DNA of 64,000 bases, from assembly GCA_046331625.1 (NCBI GenBank), contig JAXLQL010000020.1, positions 102,452 to 166,451 on the forward strand, in the 5' to 3' direction. Every line of letters begins with the position of its first letter. The stretch's first letter is position 1. Positions 40,787 to 50,316 of this stretch are shown here, piece by piece. The notes beneath the pieces were generated by a model. That model was not told where the DNA came from, did no database searches, and was given only the letters and a program-made list of their open reading frames with translations. A program made the translations under genes and the position numbers. The DNA comes from Bryobacteraceae bacterium (GTDB lineage Bacteria > Acidobacteriota > Terriglobia > Bryobacterales > Bryobacteraceae).

Positions 40787-41194
40787 ATGGCCGCAGCGAA
40801 ACCACAGCCGCAACCCTTCGCCTTCGGGCTCGATCCTCACTCGGGCGTGCCTGTTTATCGCCAGTTGATCGATCAGGTGCTGAGTGCGATCGCGAGCGGC
40901 GCGTTAAGGCCTACCGATCGCCTGCCCACGGTGCGGCGGGTGGCGGTGGACCTCGCCATCAACCCCAACACCGTCGTGCGTGCGTACAAAGAATTGGAAA
41001 TTCGCGGGGTGCTCGAAACGCAGCAGGGCACCGGCACCTTCATCGCGGAGAAGAAGGTCCGGCCGGATGAACTGGCCCGGCGGCGGCGCCTGGAACAAAT
41101 TGTCACCGATACGGTTTCGCGCGCCGCAGCCGAGGGCTTCATGGTCGGCGAGTTGATCGAGATCCTCCGCGAGATGAAACAGGAAAGGAAATAA
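40787..41194 (+). CDS. GntR-family transcriptional regulator (short YtrA-like subfamily)
   Basis: HTH_GntR block VPVYRQLIDQVLSAIASGALRPTDRLPTVRRVAVDLAINPNTVVRAYKELEIRGVLETQQGTGTFIA, with a short C-terminal extension typical of YtrA-like members. Confidence 0.85.
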   Translation: MAAAKPQPQPFAFGLDPHSGVPVYRQLIDQVLSAIASGALRPTDRLPTVRRVAVDLAINPNTVVRAYKELEIRGVLETQQGTGTFIAEKKVRPDELARRRRLEQIVTDTVSRAAAEGFMVGELIEILREMKQERK

Positions 41195-41199
41195 GCAAC

Positions 41200-42132
41200 A
41201 TGCCCATTACCGTACTGCCGGGTTTCCCGCAGAAGCCGTCGTCGAACCAACTCGCCATGAGTCCGCTGGGAGCGGCGGCATTCGGCGCGGTGTTGTTGGT
41301 GGGGATGGCCCTGACCGCGTCACTCAAGACACCGGTCTTCTTCGTCGCGTCGGTTCCGTGCGCGATCCTTTGTCTATTCGGCCTTCGCCAAGTGGATCAG
41401 TGGGACAAAGCCATCGTGCTCCGGCTGGGTAAGTTCCGCGGCCTGCGCGGACCCGGGCTGTTCACCATCATCCCCGTGATCGATTCCGTTTCGCGCGTCG
41501 TGGACCAGCGGATCCGCGTCACGGGCGTCACGGCCGAAGCCGCGCTCACACGCGACACCGTACCCGTAAGCGTCGATGCCATCGTCTATTGGGTGGTGTG
41601 GGACGCCGAGAAAGCCGTGCTCGAAGTGGAAAATTTCACTGACGCGATCACGTTCGGCGCGCAGACCGCACTGCGCGAGGCGATCGGCGCGCACGAACTG
41701 GGCGACCTCATCGCTCGCCGTGACGAGGTGGGCAAAGAGCTTCAGAAGATTCTCGACGAGAAGACGAATCCGTGGGGTGTGACGGTGCAGTCAGTGGAGA
41801 TCAAGCAGGTGATCATTCCGCAGGCGCTGGAAGACGCGATGTCGCGCAAGGCGCAGGCGGAGCGGGAGCGCCAGGCGCGGATCCTGTTGAGCACGGCCGA
41901 GGCTGAGATTTCGCAGAAGTTCGCCGAGGCTTCGGCGTTGTACCAGAACAATCCGGTGGCGTTGAATCTGCGTGCGATGAACCTGCTGTATGAGGCGATG
42001 AAGGAGCGCGGATCAATGGTGGTGATTCCGTCGCAGGCTGTGCAGTCGCTGGGGGTGGGGAACGTATTGGGGTTGGCGTCGATGGGTGGGGCTTCGGCGG
42101 GTCCGGGCGCCGAGGGGCAGGCTGGGAAGTGA
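41200..42132 (+). CDS. SPFH/band-7 (stomatin/slipin-like) membrane protein
   Basis: Two N-terminal TM segments then an SPFH core (VDQWDKAIVLRLGKFRGLRGPGLFTIIPVIDSV...VDAIVYWVV...), the stomatin-family signature. Confidence 0.85.
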   Translation: MPITVLPGFPQKPSSNQLAMSPLGAAAFGAVLLVGMALTASLKTPVFFVASVPCAILCLFGLRQVDQWDKAIVLRLGKFRGLRGPGLFTIIPVIDSVSRVVDQRIRVTGVTAEAALTRDTVPVSVDAIVYWVVWDAEKAVLEVENFTDAITFGAQTALREAIGAHELGDLIARRDEVGKELQKILDEKTNPWGVTVQSVEIKQVIIPQALEDAMSRKAQAERERQARILLSTAEAEISQKFAEASALYQNNPVALNLRAMNLLYEAMKERGSMVVIPSQAVQSLGVGNVLGLASMGGASAGPGAEGQAGK

Positions 42133-42962
42133 AGCTTCTGGCGGCCGGGATGCTGCTCGCCTGGGTGGCGTTGTCGCAGCATCCCTTGCTCGACAGGATT
42201 TCGGGCGTAGATCTTTGGGACAATCCGCTCTCGGCGGAGGATCAGTCGCAGCTTTCGGCGCTACTGGGTGAGATTCCCAAGGGCTACATGGCGCCGCCTG
42301 CGCCGCGATACGTGTGGACGTCAAACCAGAGTGGGCGGACGCGCTACTTTGCGCTGCTTGCCGAAAGTGTGATGGTGATTCCGGGCGGATCCACGGCGCG
42401 CGTGGTGTTGTTAGACGCTGGAGGAAGACAGATTCTGGGGAGATCTTTCCAAACGGGCTGGCGGATGACGCCAGGGCGCGCCACCTTCCGGTACTCTCCG
42501 GGTCTCGGGCGGGATCTGGTCGCCCTCGACATGGAGAGATTTGCCAATGGCCGGAACATTGCGCGCGAGTACTTTGCCATCAGTGGCGACGATTTGCACC
42601 TCATCCGGCTCGAGGACGACAAACGCGAAGCCGTTCAGAACGACTGCGTCTATCCCAACTACGAGATCGGATTTGCGCCGCCGGCGAAGACTGTAGCGGA
42701 GTTCGTGCGGATGCTCGAGTCGAATGACAAGACCGAAGTGCTGGCTGCACTGGTTTTCCTCGGTGGGCGGCATCTCACCGATTCGAGGCGACTCGCCTTC
42801 GGGTACCGTGAAAGCGTGCATGCGCAGACATTTCGCACCGTGATTGCGGACGCTCGTATCCAGGATTTGATCGCACGCCACCGGAGATCGCAAAGCCAGT
42901 GGATCCGGCAGTATGCGGAACTCGCCGCTCGCGATCCGAGTGAGCGCCCGATGGAGCGGTAA
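42129..42962 (+). CDS. hypothetical secreted protein (277 aa)
   Basis: Its start overlaps the SPFH stop by 4 nt, and the N-terminus has a signal-like hydrophobic stretch (LLAAGMLLAWVAL). No family recognised. Confidence 0.5.
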   Translation: MKLLAAGMLLAWVALSQHPLLDRISGVDLWDNPLSAEDQSQLSALLGEIPKGYMAPPAPRYVWTSNQSGRTRYFALLAESVMVIPGGSTARVVLLDAGGRQILGRSFQTGWRMTPGRATFRYSPGLGRDLVALDMERFANGRNIAREYFAISGDDLHLIRLEDDKREAVQNDCVYPNYEIGFAPPAKTVAEFVRMLESNDKTEVLAALVFLGGRHLTDSRRLAFGYRESVHAQTFRTVIADARIQDLIARHRRSQSQWIRQYAELAARDPSERPMER

Positions 42963-43178
42963 GAGCATCTACGTCCGCCCCCCCAAAGTGGGACAAACCC
43001 ACCCCGCGCCTGCATGCCTGCGGGAGCCGGTAAAATGGCTCCAAAGCCAGAAAGTGTCGGATTTACCACACACGCGCGGGTAGTGCATTTTCGGCGAGAT
43101 TGCGGCGTTTTCGGTGGCCGATGAGCGCAGGTGCCGGATTTCGGCGTGTCTCATTTTTGGGCTCAGTCGCTCTTCGGT

Positions 43179-43598
43179 TCATGCGGCGGCGGCCTGCGCG
43201 GCGGGCTGCGAGTCAGCGGCCGCGGCGTCGATGGCGTGATGATAGTCGCGGCTTTGGATGGTGCGAAAGAGGCGCGGCTCGCCGGTGGTGCGGACCACTT
43301 CGAGCGCGGCGCGGAGTCGCGTGGCGGGCGAGGCGTCTTTGGTGGCGAGGATGGCGGCGAGGGTGTCGAGCGCGGAGTCAGTGAGGTCGCGGAGGCGCTC
43401 GGCGATTTCCTGCGCGTGCAGGTGGCGGCCTTCGTTGATGGCGGCCTGGAAGCGGTTGTCGTGGCGGGTCCAGTCATGGACCGTGTCGCGGTGGACACCG
43501 GCGGCCTTGGCGGCGGCAGTTACGGTGCTGCCCGTGGCGAGGGCGTGCACGGCGGCGAGCTGTTTCGGCGACAGCGTGGAGAAGTCGGGAATGATCAT
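43179..43598 (-). CDS. small HTH-domain protein (transposase-OrfA or terminase-small-subunit-like DNA-binding N-terminus)
   Basis: LSPKQLAAVHALATGSTVTAAAKAAGVHRDTVHDWTR is a typical HTH_23/HTH_28-like motif. It sits at the edge of the ATPase-DUF4435 islet. Confidence 0.5.
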   Translation of the reverse strand: MIIPDFSTLSPKQLAAVHALATGSTVTAAAKAAGVHRDTVHDWTRHDNRFQAAINEGRHLHAQEIAERLRDLTDSALDTLAAILATKDASPATRLRAALEVVRTTGEPRLFRTIQSRDYHHAIDAAAADSQPAAQAAAA

Positions 43599-43815
43599 CG
43601 CGATCCAACACTAGCATTGCGGTCATGGGCACTGAACAGTGTTCGGCGTGTAAGTGGTTGAATCGAGGCCGAAGAAAAAGTCGAATGGGGCGTGAACGGC
43701 CCGGTTCGGTGTCCTACAGACGCAGAGTCGCGGCCCACGAGTTAAGCTAAGGGGAGCCATAATCCGGATCCACCGGCTGCGGATTCAGAACTTTAAGGGA
43801 ATCGATGACCTCGAG

Positions 43816-44766
43816 TTGTCGTTCCCGAAGCCGGATCTTCCAGACGATCCGGACGTGTTGGTGCTTGGGAGCCGGAACGGGGTAGGAAAGACGTCGGTGC
43901 TCGAGGCGCTCTCCATTGGCGCTTGGTTCCGCCTGTTTTGGACGGACGCGAAGCCCCAGGGCGTTCCTGAAGATGCTGCGCTCGACGCGTTTGTCCGGGC
44001 AGGAACAAGCAAGTTCGACCTCAGTTTGGACGGTGGCAGTCCGGCGACAGGCTGGCATGTTGCATACTCCACTGGTTCTTCTCCGTCTGCGTTTGGCTTC
44101 ACCGAAACACCGAAAATGAAGCTCAACGGTACTTCGTTTTCGCGGGACTTTAACCGGCTTCGCGGGAGAGATGTGAACCCGGTGTTGTTGCCTGGTCTCT
44201 TGCATTTCACTGGGTTCCGGCGCGTTCTCGAGGGAGACCTCGACATGGAGGACCTGGGTGGACGGCGGCAAGTGGTGATCGGTACGCCGCCCAGTATCTT
44301 CAAGGTCGATGCCGCGGAGGCGCTCATAGGAGCGGCTGGTGTATTCGAGAATTTCGCCTCTGCCGACTGGGTTCTCCGGGTGCGCCAGATCAACTCCCTC
44401 GTTGACCGCTATGCGGGCGGTGTAATCGAGAAACTCGCCACAAACCTCCACGGCTCGATCCGGCTGCGCGTCCGGGCCCGTGACTCCGCCGCCTCTCACG
44501 ACTTCGACGGACTCAGCTCCGGCCAAAAGGAAATCATTTCGACCCTCTACCTAATCTGGCGTCACACGCTCGACAATCCGAGCCTGGTTCTCATCGACGA
44601 ACCCGAGCTCCATCTCAATGCCGAGTGGCGCGTCGACTACGTGCGCATGCTCCATCGCATCGCGCCGCATAACCAATACATTCTTGCGACGCACTCGGAA
44701 GACATCTTCGCTTCGGTCGATCCGAGCCGCCGCATCATTCTCAATCCCGTCGCCGTGCCGGTATGA
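43816..44766 (+). CDS. OLD-family/AAA_15-21-type ABC ATPase (AriA-like); the true start probably lies upstream of the called TTG
   Basis: Walker A LGSRNGVGKTSVLEAL, ABC signature LSSGQKEIIS, Walker B LVLIDEPELHLN and H-loop ILATHS. The conserved N-terminal strand (IIRIHRLRIQNFKGIDDLEL) is in frame upstream of 43816. It follows a strong SD (AAGGGGAG at 43749-43756) but has no ATG, GTG or TTG, so a non-canonical ATA/ATC start near 43759-43768 or a sequence error is possible. Confidence 0.75.
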   Translation: MSFPKPDLPDDPDVLVLGSRNGVGKTSVLEALSIGAWFRLFWTDAKPQGVPEDAALDAFVRAGTSKFDLSLDGGSPATGWHVAYSTGSSPSAFGFTETPKMKLNGTSFSRDFNRLRGRDVNPVLLPGLLHFTGFRRVLEGDLDMEDLGGRRQVVIGTPPSIFKVDAAEALIGAAGVFENFASADWVLRVRQINSLVDRYAGGVIEKLATNLHGSIRLRVRARDSAASHDFDGLSSGQKEIISTLYLIWRHTLDNPSLVLIDEPELHLNAEWRVDYVRMLHRIAPHNQYILATHSEDIFASVDPSRRIILNPVAVPV

Positions 44767-45637
44767 TCGCAAGCGCGAGCGCCGATCCGGGCGAGATTCG
44801 TTTCGGACCCGCGCAGTACACGCTCTTCGTCGAGGGCAACGAATAGTCCTCGATCGATTCCTTCGTGCTCAGCGAACTACTCGAAGGTGGAGTTCCGATG
44901 CGGGCGCTCGGTCCCAGTTCGCGCATCCGAGCCGTGGCCAAGGCTCTCCAGAGCGATCAGCCGCATTGGCTCTTTCTGATCGATCGGGATTCTTGGTCTG
45001 CCGAAGCGGTCGACCGGCAACGCCAACTATTTCGCGATCGCTCCACCAACCTACTGACGTGGCGGCGACGGGCGATCGAGAACTACCTTGTGGATCCTGT
45101 ATTTTCCAGCACTCGGCTCACCTCGAGAACTCGCCGGCGTTTCACGAACTGGTGCTCGAATCATTCCGGAAACGGCTTTTCCTCGACGCCGCGAATATCG
45201 TCATCGAAGACATTCGCGAAGGGCTGAAGAACACATGGATCAAGCTGTTCACGGATCCGCAGGCGCTGCCGGACAGAGAGACGGCGCGACAGGCGCTGCT
45301 CTCGCGGCCCGAGTGGGGTGCTTTCCGCGAGAAGGCCGGCGAACACACGAAAGCGGAATTTCTTCGAGGGCAATTCGACGCCGTTGTCGATGATCTCACT
45401 GGAGGAACAGCCTCGATTCAGTTTGGCCGTGGAACCTGGCTGGAGCGCATGGATGCAAAACCCGTGTTCAACCGCGTTGTCAATGAATGGACCACGCTCG
45501 AAGACTCGGGCATAAGAGCCAGCCAAAAGCTGCGAGCGGTTGTGCGTGCCTTGGTCCGAAGGATCGCCTCTGAACCGAAATTTCTTCCAGATGATCTTCG
45601 GGAAGTGCGCGACCTCATCCTCGCCCGAACGAAGTAG
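44763..45637 (+). pseudogene. DUF4435 (Toprim-like nuclease, AriB-like) gene interrupted by an in-frame TAG (44844-44846) and a frameshift in a T4 run (about 45103-45106)
   Basis: The ATG at 44763 overlaps the ATPase stop (ATGA). The reconstructed translation MIASASADPGEIRFGPAQYTLFVEGNE*SSIDSFVLSELLEGGVPMRALGPSSRIRAVAKALQSDQPHWLFLIDRDSW...RRAIENYLVDPV(F)FQHSAHLENSPAFHELVLESFRKRLFLD... carries the DUF4435 hallmarks VEG, LIDRD and IENYL. Restoring one T in the homopolymer gives a single continuous frame to 45637. Confidence 0.6.
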
Positions 45638-45671
45638 CCGGTTTCGTGGGGCATGCACACGGCGGGCACGC

Positions 45672-45935
45672 TCAGCGCAAAATGCGGAACCCGCTATCGA
45701 ACTGCGCGCCCAGCGGATGCGTCCAGACCACTTCCGCCTTGCCTACGAAAAACCGGTGCTGGAAGCTCACTTCCTGGCCCGGCTGCAAGGTGGGCGAATC
45801 GTGGCGCGCGCGGAATCCAAAACCGCTCACGTCAATGAGATCGCCGATGGTCTCGGTTCCACCGATGCCCAAGCGCACCTCGCCCTGGACGATGTGCCGG
45901 GTCTCGCGGCGTTGCTCGGCTACGGCAGTGTGCAT
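45672..45935 (-). CDS. PilZ-domain protein (c-di-GMP-binding, single domain)
   Basis: RRETRH (RxxxR) followed by DVSGFGF (D-x-S-x-x-G). The start is taken at the ATG at 45935 (MHTAVAEQRRETRH). Confidence 0.65.
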   Translation of the reverse strand: MHTAVAEQRRETRHIVQGEVRLGIGGTETIGDLIDVSGFGFRARHDSPTLQPGQEVSFQHRFFVGKAEVVWTHPLGAQFDSGFRILR

Positions 45936-46056
45936 AGGCAAGTCCTGACAGTAGGATTTTGCCTGGCGCACACGAAGGAATCCATGGTACGGCGTTCACA
46001 ACCTCGTCAGCGAAACACCCTGCCCGCGCGTGACGGATGTTTCGTAGCCCTACCGG

Positions 46057-47505
46057 TCACGGTTCGGGTATGGAGCATACTGTCTCGATCCGCTGGCCGG
46101 GCTCGTACTCGGGAAGCTTCGGCTTCGGGCAATCCTTCTCCGGAAGCGTGAGCGTCGGCTTGCGGCTTTCGATCTCCTTGGCGCGCGCGGCCACCGGACC
46201 CAGGCGCTTCTTCATTTCGTCGAAGCGCGTGGTAGTGCGGATCGTTGCGTCTTTGGCGGGCAGGTACATGATCTCGCGCCGCGTGTGGACCATCCTGTCA
46301 TAGAAAGGCGGATGCGTGCGGAACCAGCTCACTCCGTTCGCATAGCCTTCCTTGGTGGCCATGCGATCGAAGAAGCGCGTGAAGCCCGAAGGATCGTAGC
46401 CCGCGTTCCACATGTACTGCACGCCGAGTTGGTCGGCTTCGAGCTCGTAGTCGCGACTGACGCCGAGCAGATCGAGGCTGAGCACGAGGCCGAGTCCGTA
46501 GAAGCCGTATTGGATGGCGTAGTAAGTTCCGATGCCCGCCACGCCGCCGGTGAGGATGATCGCGGTGACCTGAGCCGCCTGATAAATGATGGACGCGATG
46601 GTGGCCTTGCGCATCAGCTTGTGGCCGTGGCGCGCGGTGACGTGTGAGAGCTCGTGCGCGAGCACGCCCGCCAACTGGGCTTCGTCTTCCACGGCTTCGA
46701 GCAGGCCGCGTTGCACGTAGAGGTAACCGCCGGGAAGAGCGAAGGCGTTGATCTCGGGCGAATCGAGCAGCGTGGTTTTCAGCGGAACGCGAAGGTCGGA
46801 TTTGGCGGCGATGCGCGAGGCGAGGTCGAGCACGTAGGCCTGGATCTCGCGGTCGTCGATTTCGCGCGGGAACATGCCGGCCATCTTCATCTCTTCGATG
46901 GTCTCGCGGCCCATCTTGACGTCTTTCTCCTGGCCGGGCGCGATGTCGCGGAAACCGATATCCTTCACGTTGCCGTATTTGCGATTCGCGTATTCTCCGG
47001 TGCGGATGCTTTCCTTGATGTGGGTCAACTCGGCGGGCCATTTCTCGATGATTTCGAGCTTGGCCCGGCGGTTCTGATAGGCCACCGGCACGGCGTGTTT
47101 GGAGAGCATTTTGGCTCTTGCCTCGAGCAGTCTCGCCGTTTGGATGCGGCAATGGATTTCCTTGCGCTCGGAGTCAGAGAGCGAGTGGCCACGGCGATCG
47201 AGCTCGGATTGTGCGTCGCGAATTTCGTGGTCGAGGCGCTTGGCTTCCATGCCGAAGTTCGAAGTGCAGTAGGACTCCGATTCTTTGAAGAACTCACGCA
47301 TGCGATCCAGTTGGTGTTGGCTGAACTCGAGCGTGGCCGCTTGATCGAAAAGTTCGTCATAAGAGAGCGTCAGCGCCTCGATCAGGGGCTTGTGAACAAG
47401 GGGAGACAGCGTCGACTTCGGCGGTTCCTTGGTGGAGAGAGGCGGCGGCCCGGCATTGGGTAATGTCGCCGCCGTCACCATCCACAGAGTGCAGGAGAGC
47501 AGCAT
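46057..47505 (-). CDS. M48-family zinc metallopeptidase (BepA/LoiP-like)
   Basis: HExxH in AGVLAHELSHV and a downstream E in LEADQLGVQYM. It has an N-terminal signal-like segment and a C-terminal extension. Confidence 0.85.
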   Translation of the reverse strand: MLLSCTLWMVTAATLPNAGPPPLSTKEPPKSTLSPLVHKPLIEALTLSYDELFDQAATLEFSQHQLDRMREFFKESESYCTSNFGMEAKRLDHEIRDAQSELDRRGHSLSDSERKEIHCRIQTARLLEARAKMLSKHAVPVAYQNRRAKLEIIEKWPAELTHIKESIRTGEYANRKYGNVKDIGFRDIAPGQEKDVKMGRETIEEMKMAGMFPREIDDREIQAYVLDLASRIAAKSDLRVPLKTTLLDSPEINAFALPGGYLYVQRGLLEAVEDEAQLAGVLAHELSHVTARHGHKLMRKATIASIIYQAAQVTAIILTGGVAGIGTYYAIQYGFYGLGLVLSLDLLGVSRDYELEADQLGVQYMWNAGYDPSGFTRFFDRMATKEGYANGVSWFRTHPPFYDRMVHTRREIMYLPAKDATIRTTTRFDEMKKRLGPVAARAKEIESRKPTLTLPEKDCPKPKLPEYEPGQRIETVCSIPEP

Positions 47506-47527
47506 GACGGGCCGCCTTTTCGCCGCG

Positions 47528-48043
47528 TTACGCCGCGGCCGCGATGGCGATCGGCTTCGGAGCCGCGACTGCCGCCTTGGCGGAAGTCAAGATCAGCATG
47601 CCGTTTTCGAGCGTGGCCGTGGTGCGGTCCGGATCGATGGCTGCGGGCATCGGAATGCGGCGGCAGAACTTGCCGTTGCCGAGTTCGCTCCACAGCACCT
47701 TCATGTCTTTGGGAGCATCCGCGGGCGGCGCCGGGTGTTCGGCGCGCACTACGATTTCCTCAGGCGTGGCCGTGATGGTCACCTCTTTCGCATCGAAACC
47801 GGGGATGGCGATGCGCGCCCGAAACTCGGCGGGCATCTCGACGAGTTCGGCTGCGGGTGGCGACATCACTTCGCGCTCGGCGGCGAGCCAATCTTCCAGT
47901 TCGTGGCCGAGTTCGAAGCCGCGCCGCTCGAAGAGTTCGAAAGCGCGGCGCTGGATATCGCGCAGCATTTTCTCGAGTTCGCCGAAGACGGGGAGCGATG
48001 CACGCTCGGCCATCTTGGCTTTTTGGATCGGAAGGGTGGGCAT
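47528..48043 (-). CDS. Hsp20/alpha-crystallin-family small heat-shock protein
   Basis: Alpha-crystallin domain blocks (FRARIAIPGFDAKEVTITATPEEIVVRAEH...GKFCRRIPMPAAIDPDRTTATLENGMLILT). The start is taken at the ATG at 48043. The ORF track extends 18 codons further upstream. Confidence 0.8.
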   Translation of the reverse strand: MPTLPIQKAKMAERASLPVFGELEKMLRDIQRRAFELFERRGFELGHELEDWLAAEREVMSPPAAELVEMPAEFRARIAIPGFDAKEVTITATPEEIVVRAEHPAPPADAPKDMKVLWSELGNGKFCRRIPMPAAIDPDRTTATLENGMLILTSAKAAVAAPKPIAIAAAA

Positions 48044-48136
48044 TTTCGCGTCTCCTGTTCCTCTCCTCCGCTTCTTCGAGTGCACGCGAACTTCCATTGC
48101 TTTGGCCGTTCACATGCAACCGAAAATATTGCCATG

Positions 48137-49228
48137 ACGTGGAGCTTCAAGGTAGGACGAGTGGCCGGAATCGATGTGTTCATCCACGCGACGTTTGTGC
48201 TGCTTCTCGCGTGGGTGGGTGTAAGCGCGTGGTCGGCGGAGAAAAGCCCCACGGCAGCGCTCGACAGTGTCGGCTTCCTTACGGGCTTGTTCGCTTGCGT
48301 GCTGCTGCATGAGTTTGGCCACGCGATAACTGCCCGCCGCTATCGGATCGCTACGTCAAGCATCACGCTGCTGCCGATTGGCGGCGTGGCCAAGATGGAG
48401 CGGATTCCCGATGAGCCCGGGCAGGAGTTGCGGGTGGCATTGGCGGGGCCGCTCGTGAATGTCGGCATCGCCTTCATCTTGTATGCGGCGCTGAGACTGA
48501 CCGGAACGTGGGTTCCGGCCGAGCGGTTTGACTGGAATGCTGCTCCGCTCATCGAACGCCTTTGGGTGGCCAACGTATCGCTTGCGGTCTTCAACTTGAT
48601 CCCTGCATTTCCGATGGATGGCGGCCGCGTGTTGCGGGCGGCGCTCGCGTCGCGAATGCCTTATCCGCGCGCGACGCGCATCGCGGCGAACGTGGGCCAG
48701 ATGCTCGCGTTCGGCTTGGCTTGGCTCGGCCTGTTCGCCAACCCGATGCTCGTGTTCATCGCACTGTTTGTGTGGATCGGCGCGGGGCAAGAGGCTGCGC
48801 TCGTGGAAGCGCGCGCTACGCTCGGCAGTGCGCCGCTTCAAGCGGCGATGCTCACAGACTTCCGCGTTCTGGCGCCCGAGGAGACGCTCGGCCATGCCGT
48901 GGAACTGCTGCTCCACGGCCATCAGCAAGACTTTCCGGTGGTATCGGGCGGCCGCCTGGCGGGATTGCTGACGCGGCCCGTGCTCTTTCAAGCGCTAGCC
49001 GAGCACGGAAACGATTTGCCGGTGGGCACGGCCATGCGAACCGATTTTGCCACCATATCGATCGAGGAGCCATTGGCCGCCGCTTTTCAGAAGCTCGAAA
49101 GCTGCGACTGCCGCGTGATTCCGGTGCTCGACGGTAGCCGGCTCGCCGGATTGCTGACGCTCGAGAACGTCACGGAATACCTGACGGTGCGGCAGGCGAT
49201 GGCGGCGCGAGCGTCCGCGCTGGCGTGA
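48137..49228 (+). CDS. site-2 protease (M50 family) with tandem C-terminal CBS domains
   Basis: The ATG at 48137 (MTWSFKVGRVAGIDVFIH). HExxH in VLLHEFGHAITAR and a downstream LIPAFPMDGGRVL (LDG motif). The C-terminal region has CBS-pair features. Confidence 0.85.
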   Translation, partial: TWSFKVGRVAGIDVFIHATFVLLLAWVGVSAWSAEKSPTAALDSVGFLTGLFACVLLHEFGHAITARRYRIATSSITLLPIGGVAKMERIPDEPGQELRVALAGPLVNVGIAFILYAALRLTGTWVPAERFDWNAAPLIERLWVANVSLAVFNLIPAFPMDGGRVLRAALASRMPYPRATRIAANVGQMLAFGLAWLGLFANPMLVFIALFVWIGAGQEAALVEARATLGSAPLQAAMLTDFRVLAPEETLGHAVELLLHGHQQDFPVVSGGRLAGLLTRPVLFQALAEHGNDLPVGTAMRTDFATISIEEPLAAAFQKLESCDCRVIPVLDGSRLAGLLTLENVTEYLTVRQAMAARASALA

Positions 49229-49362
49229 TTTCCTGTCACCGACAGGATCGGCCCGGGCCTCAACCACCTGTGTAGCGGCTCAATAGCAGCCATGCCGCCA
49301 CAATCAGGATCATCCACACAATTTGCATGGCGCTACTATCGTAGCGCGTTGCATCGCTCTTC

Positions 49363-50316
49363 TCATCGCAGCGCGTTCACCGGAGCCTTTCCCAAGCTGT
49401 CGAGCCACGACTGCACGCGCTCGCGTTGTGGCGGATTCGCCGTTTCGAGATACGCGCGTAGCGCACCCGCGGCTTCCGCATTTCTGCCGGAGCTCGAAAG
49501 TAAGTACGCCAGCGCGAGATGCGCATGGGGAAATCGCCCGGCCGCGATTCGCAGATGCGCCAGCGCTTCGGCGATGGGCCTGTGGTTGACAGCCATCGAT
49601 ACGCCGAGTGCGTAGTTGGCGGCGGGATTGTCCGGCTCGGCGCGGACCGCGGCTCTGGCCGGCGCTTCGGCCTCGGCGTGACGATTCAGGTGAATCAGCG
49701 CGAGCGCGAGGTTGGCGTTCACCGGTGCGGCGGTTGGATCGATCGCGGCCGCCTTGCGGAACTCTTCGTGGGCACCGGCGTAATCACGCCGCTGCATCAG
49801 GCGCACACCGAGATTGTTTCGCGCTTCCATGAACTCGGGATGAATTTCGAGCGCCTTGCGCAGATGCGCCATCGCTTCGTCTTCGCGGCCCTTGGAGAGC
49901 GCTTTCTGCGCTTGAGACAACTCCTTGCGTGCGGCCGCGGGCGGCGGCGCTGCCAGCCGCTTCAAGGAAACCGATCCTGCTGGCTTGGCTTGCTGCTTCG
50001 GCCTCTCGAGCCGCAGCGTCAACGGACCCGTGAAGTCACCGATGTTCATCCATTCGCGGCGCAGGATGTTGCCTTGCGAGTCTGTTAGGCGAACTTCATA
50101 GTGTCCCGCTGTGACGTTTTTGAACTCGAAGGTTCCATCGGGCATCACCTGCGCCTTGTCTGTAAAACGGCCTTCCAGGTGTAACTCGACGTTCACGAAA
50201 TCGCCGGATATGACTCCGTTCACTTCGCCGCGAATGACTTTTGTTCCGGGTGGGCCAATCTGTGCCTGCGCAACCGCAAGGCACACCAAGGCCGTAGTCC
50301 ATACGAATCGAGACAT
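49363..50316 (-). CDS. secreted TPR-repeat protein with an N-terminal carboxypeptidase-regulatory-like (Ig-like) domain
   Basis: A signal peptide from the ATG at 50316 (MSRFVWTTALVCLAVAQAQ). VIRGEVNGVISGDFVNVELHLEG is a CarboxypepD_reg-like strand. There are several TPR-like helices (AMAHLRKALEIHPEFMEARNNLGVRL...). Confidence 0.7.
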   Translation of the reverse strand: MSRFVWTTALVCLAVAQAQIGPPGTKVIRGEVNGVISGDFVNVELHLEGRFTDKAQVMPDGTFEFKNVTAGHYEVRLTDSQGNILRREWMNIGDFTGPLTLRLERPKQQAKPAGSVSLKRLAAPPPAAARKELSQAQKALSKGREDEAMAHLRKALEIHPEFMEARNNLGVRLMQRRDYAGAHEEFRKAAAIDPTAAPVNANLALALIHLNRHAEAEAPARAAVRAEPDNPAANYALGVSMAVNHRPIAEALAHLRIAAGRFPHAHLALAYLLSSSGRNAEAAGALRAYLETANPPQRERVQSWLDSLGKAPVNALR

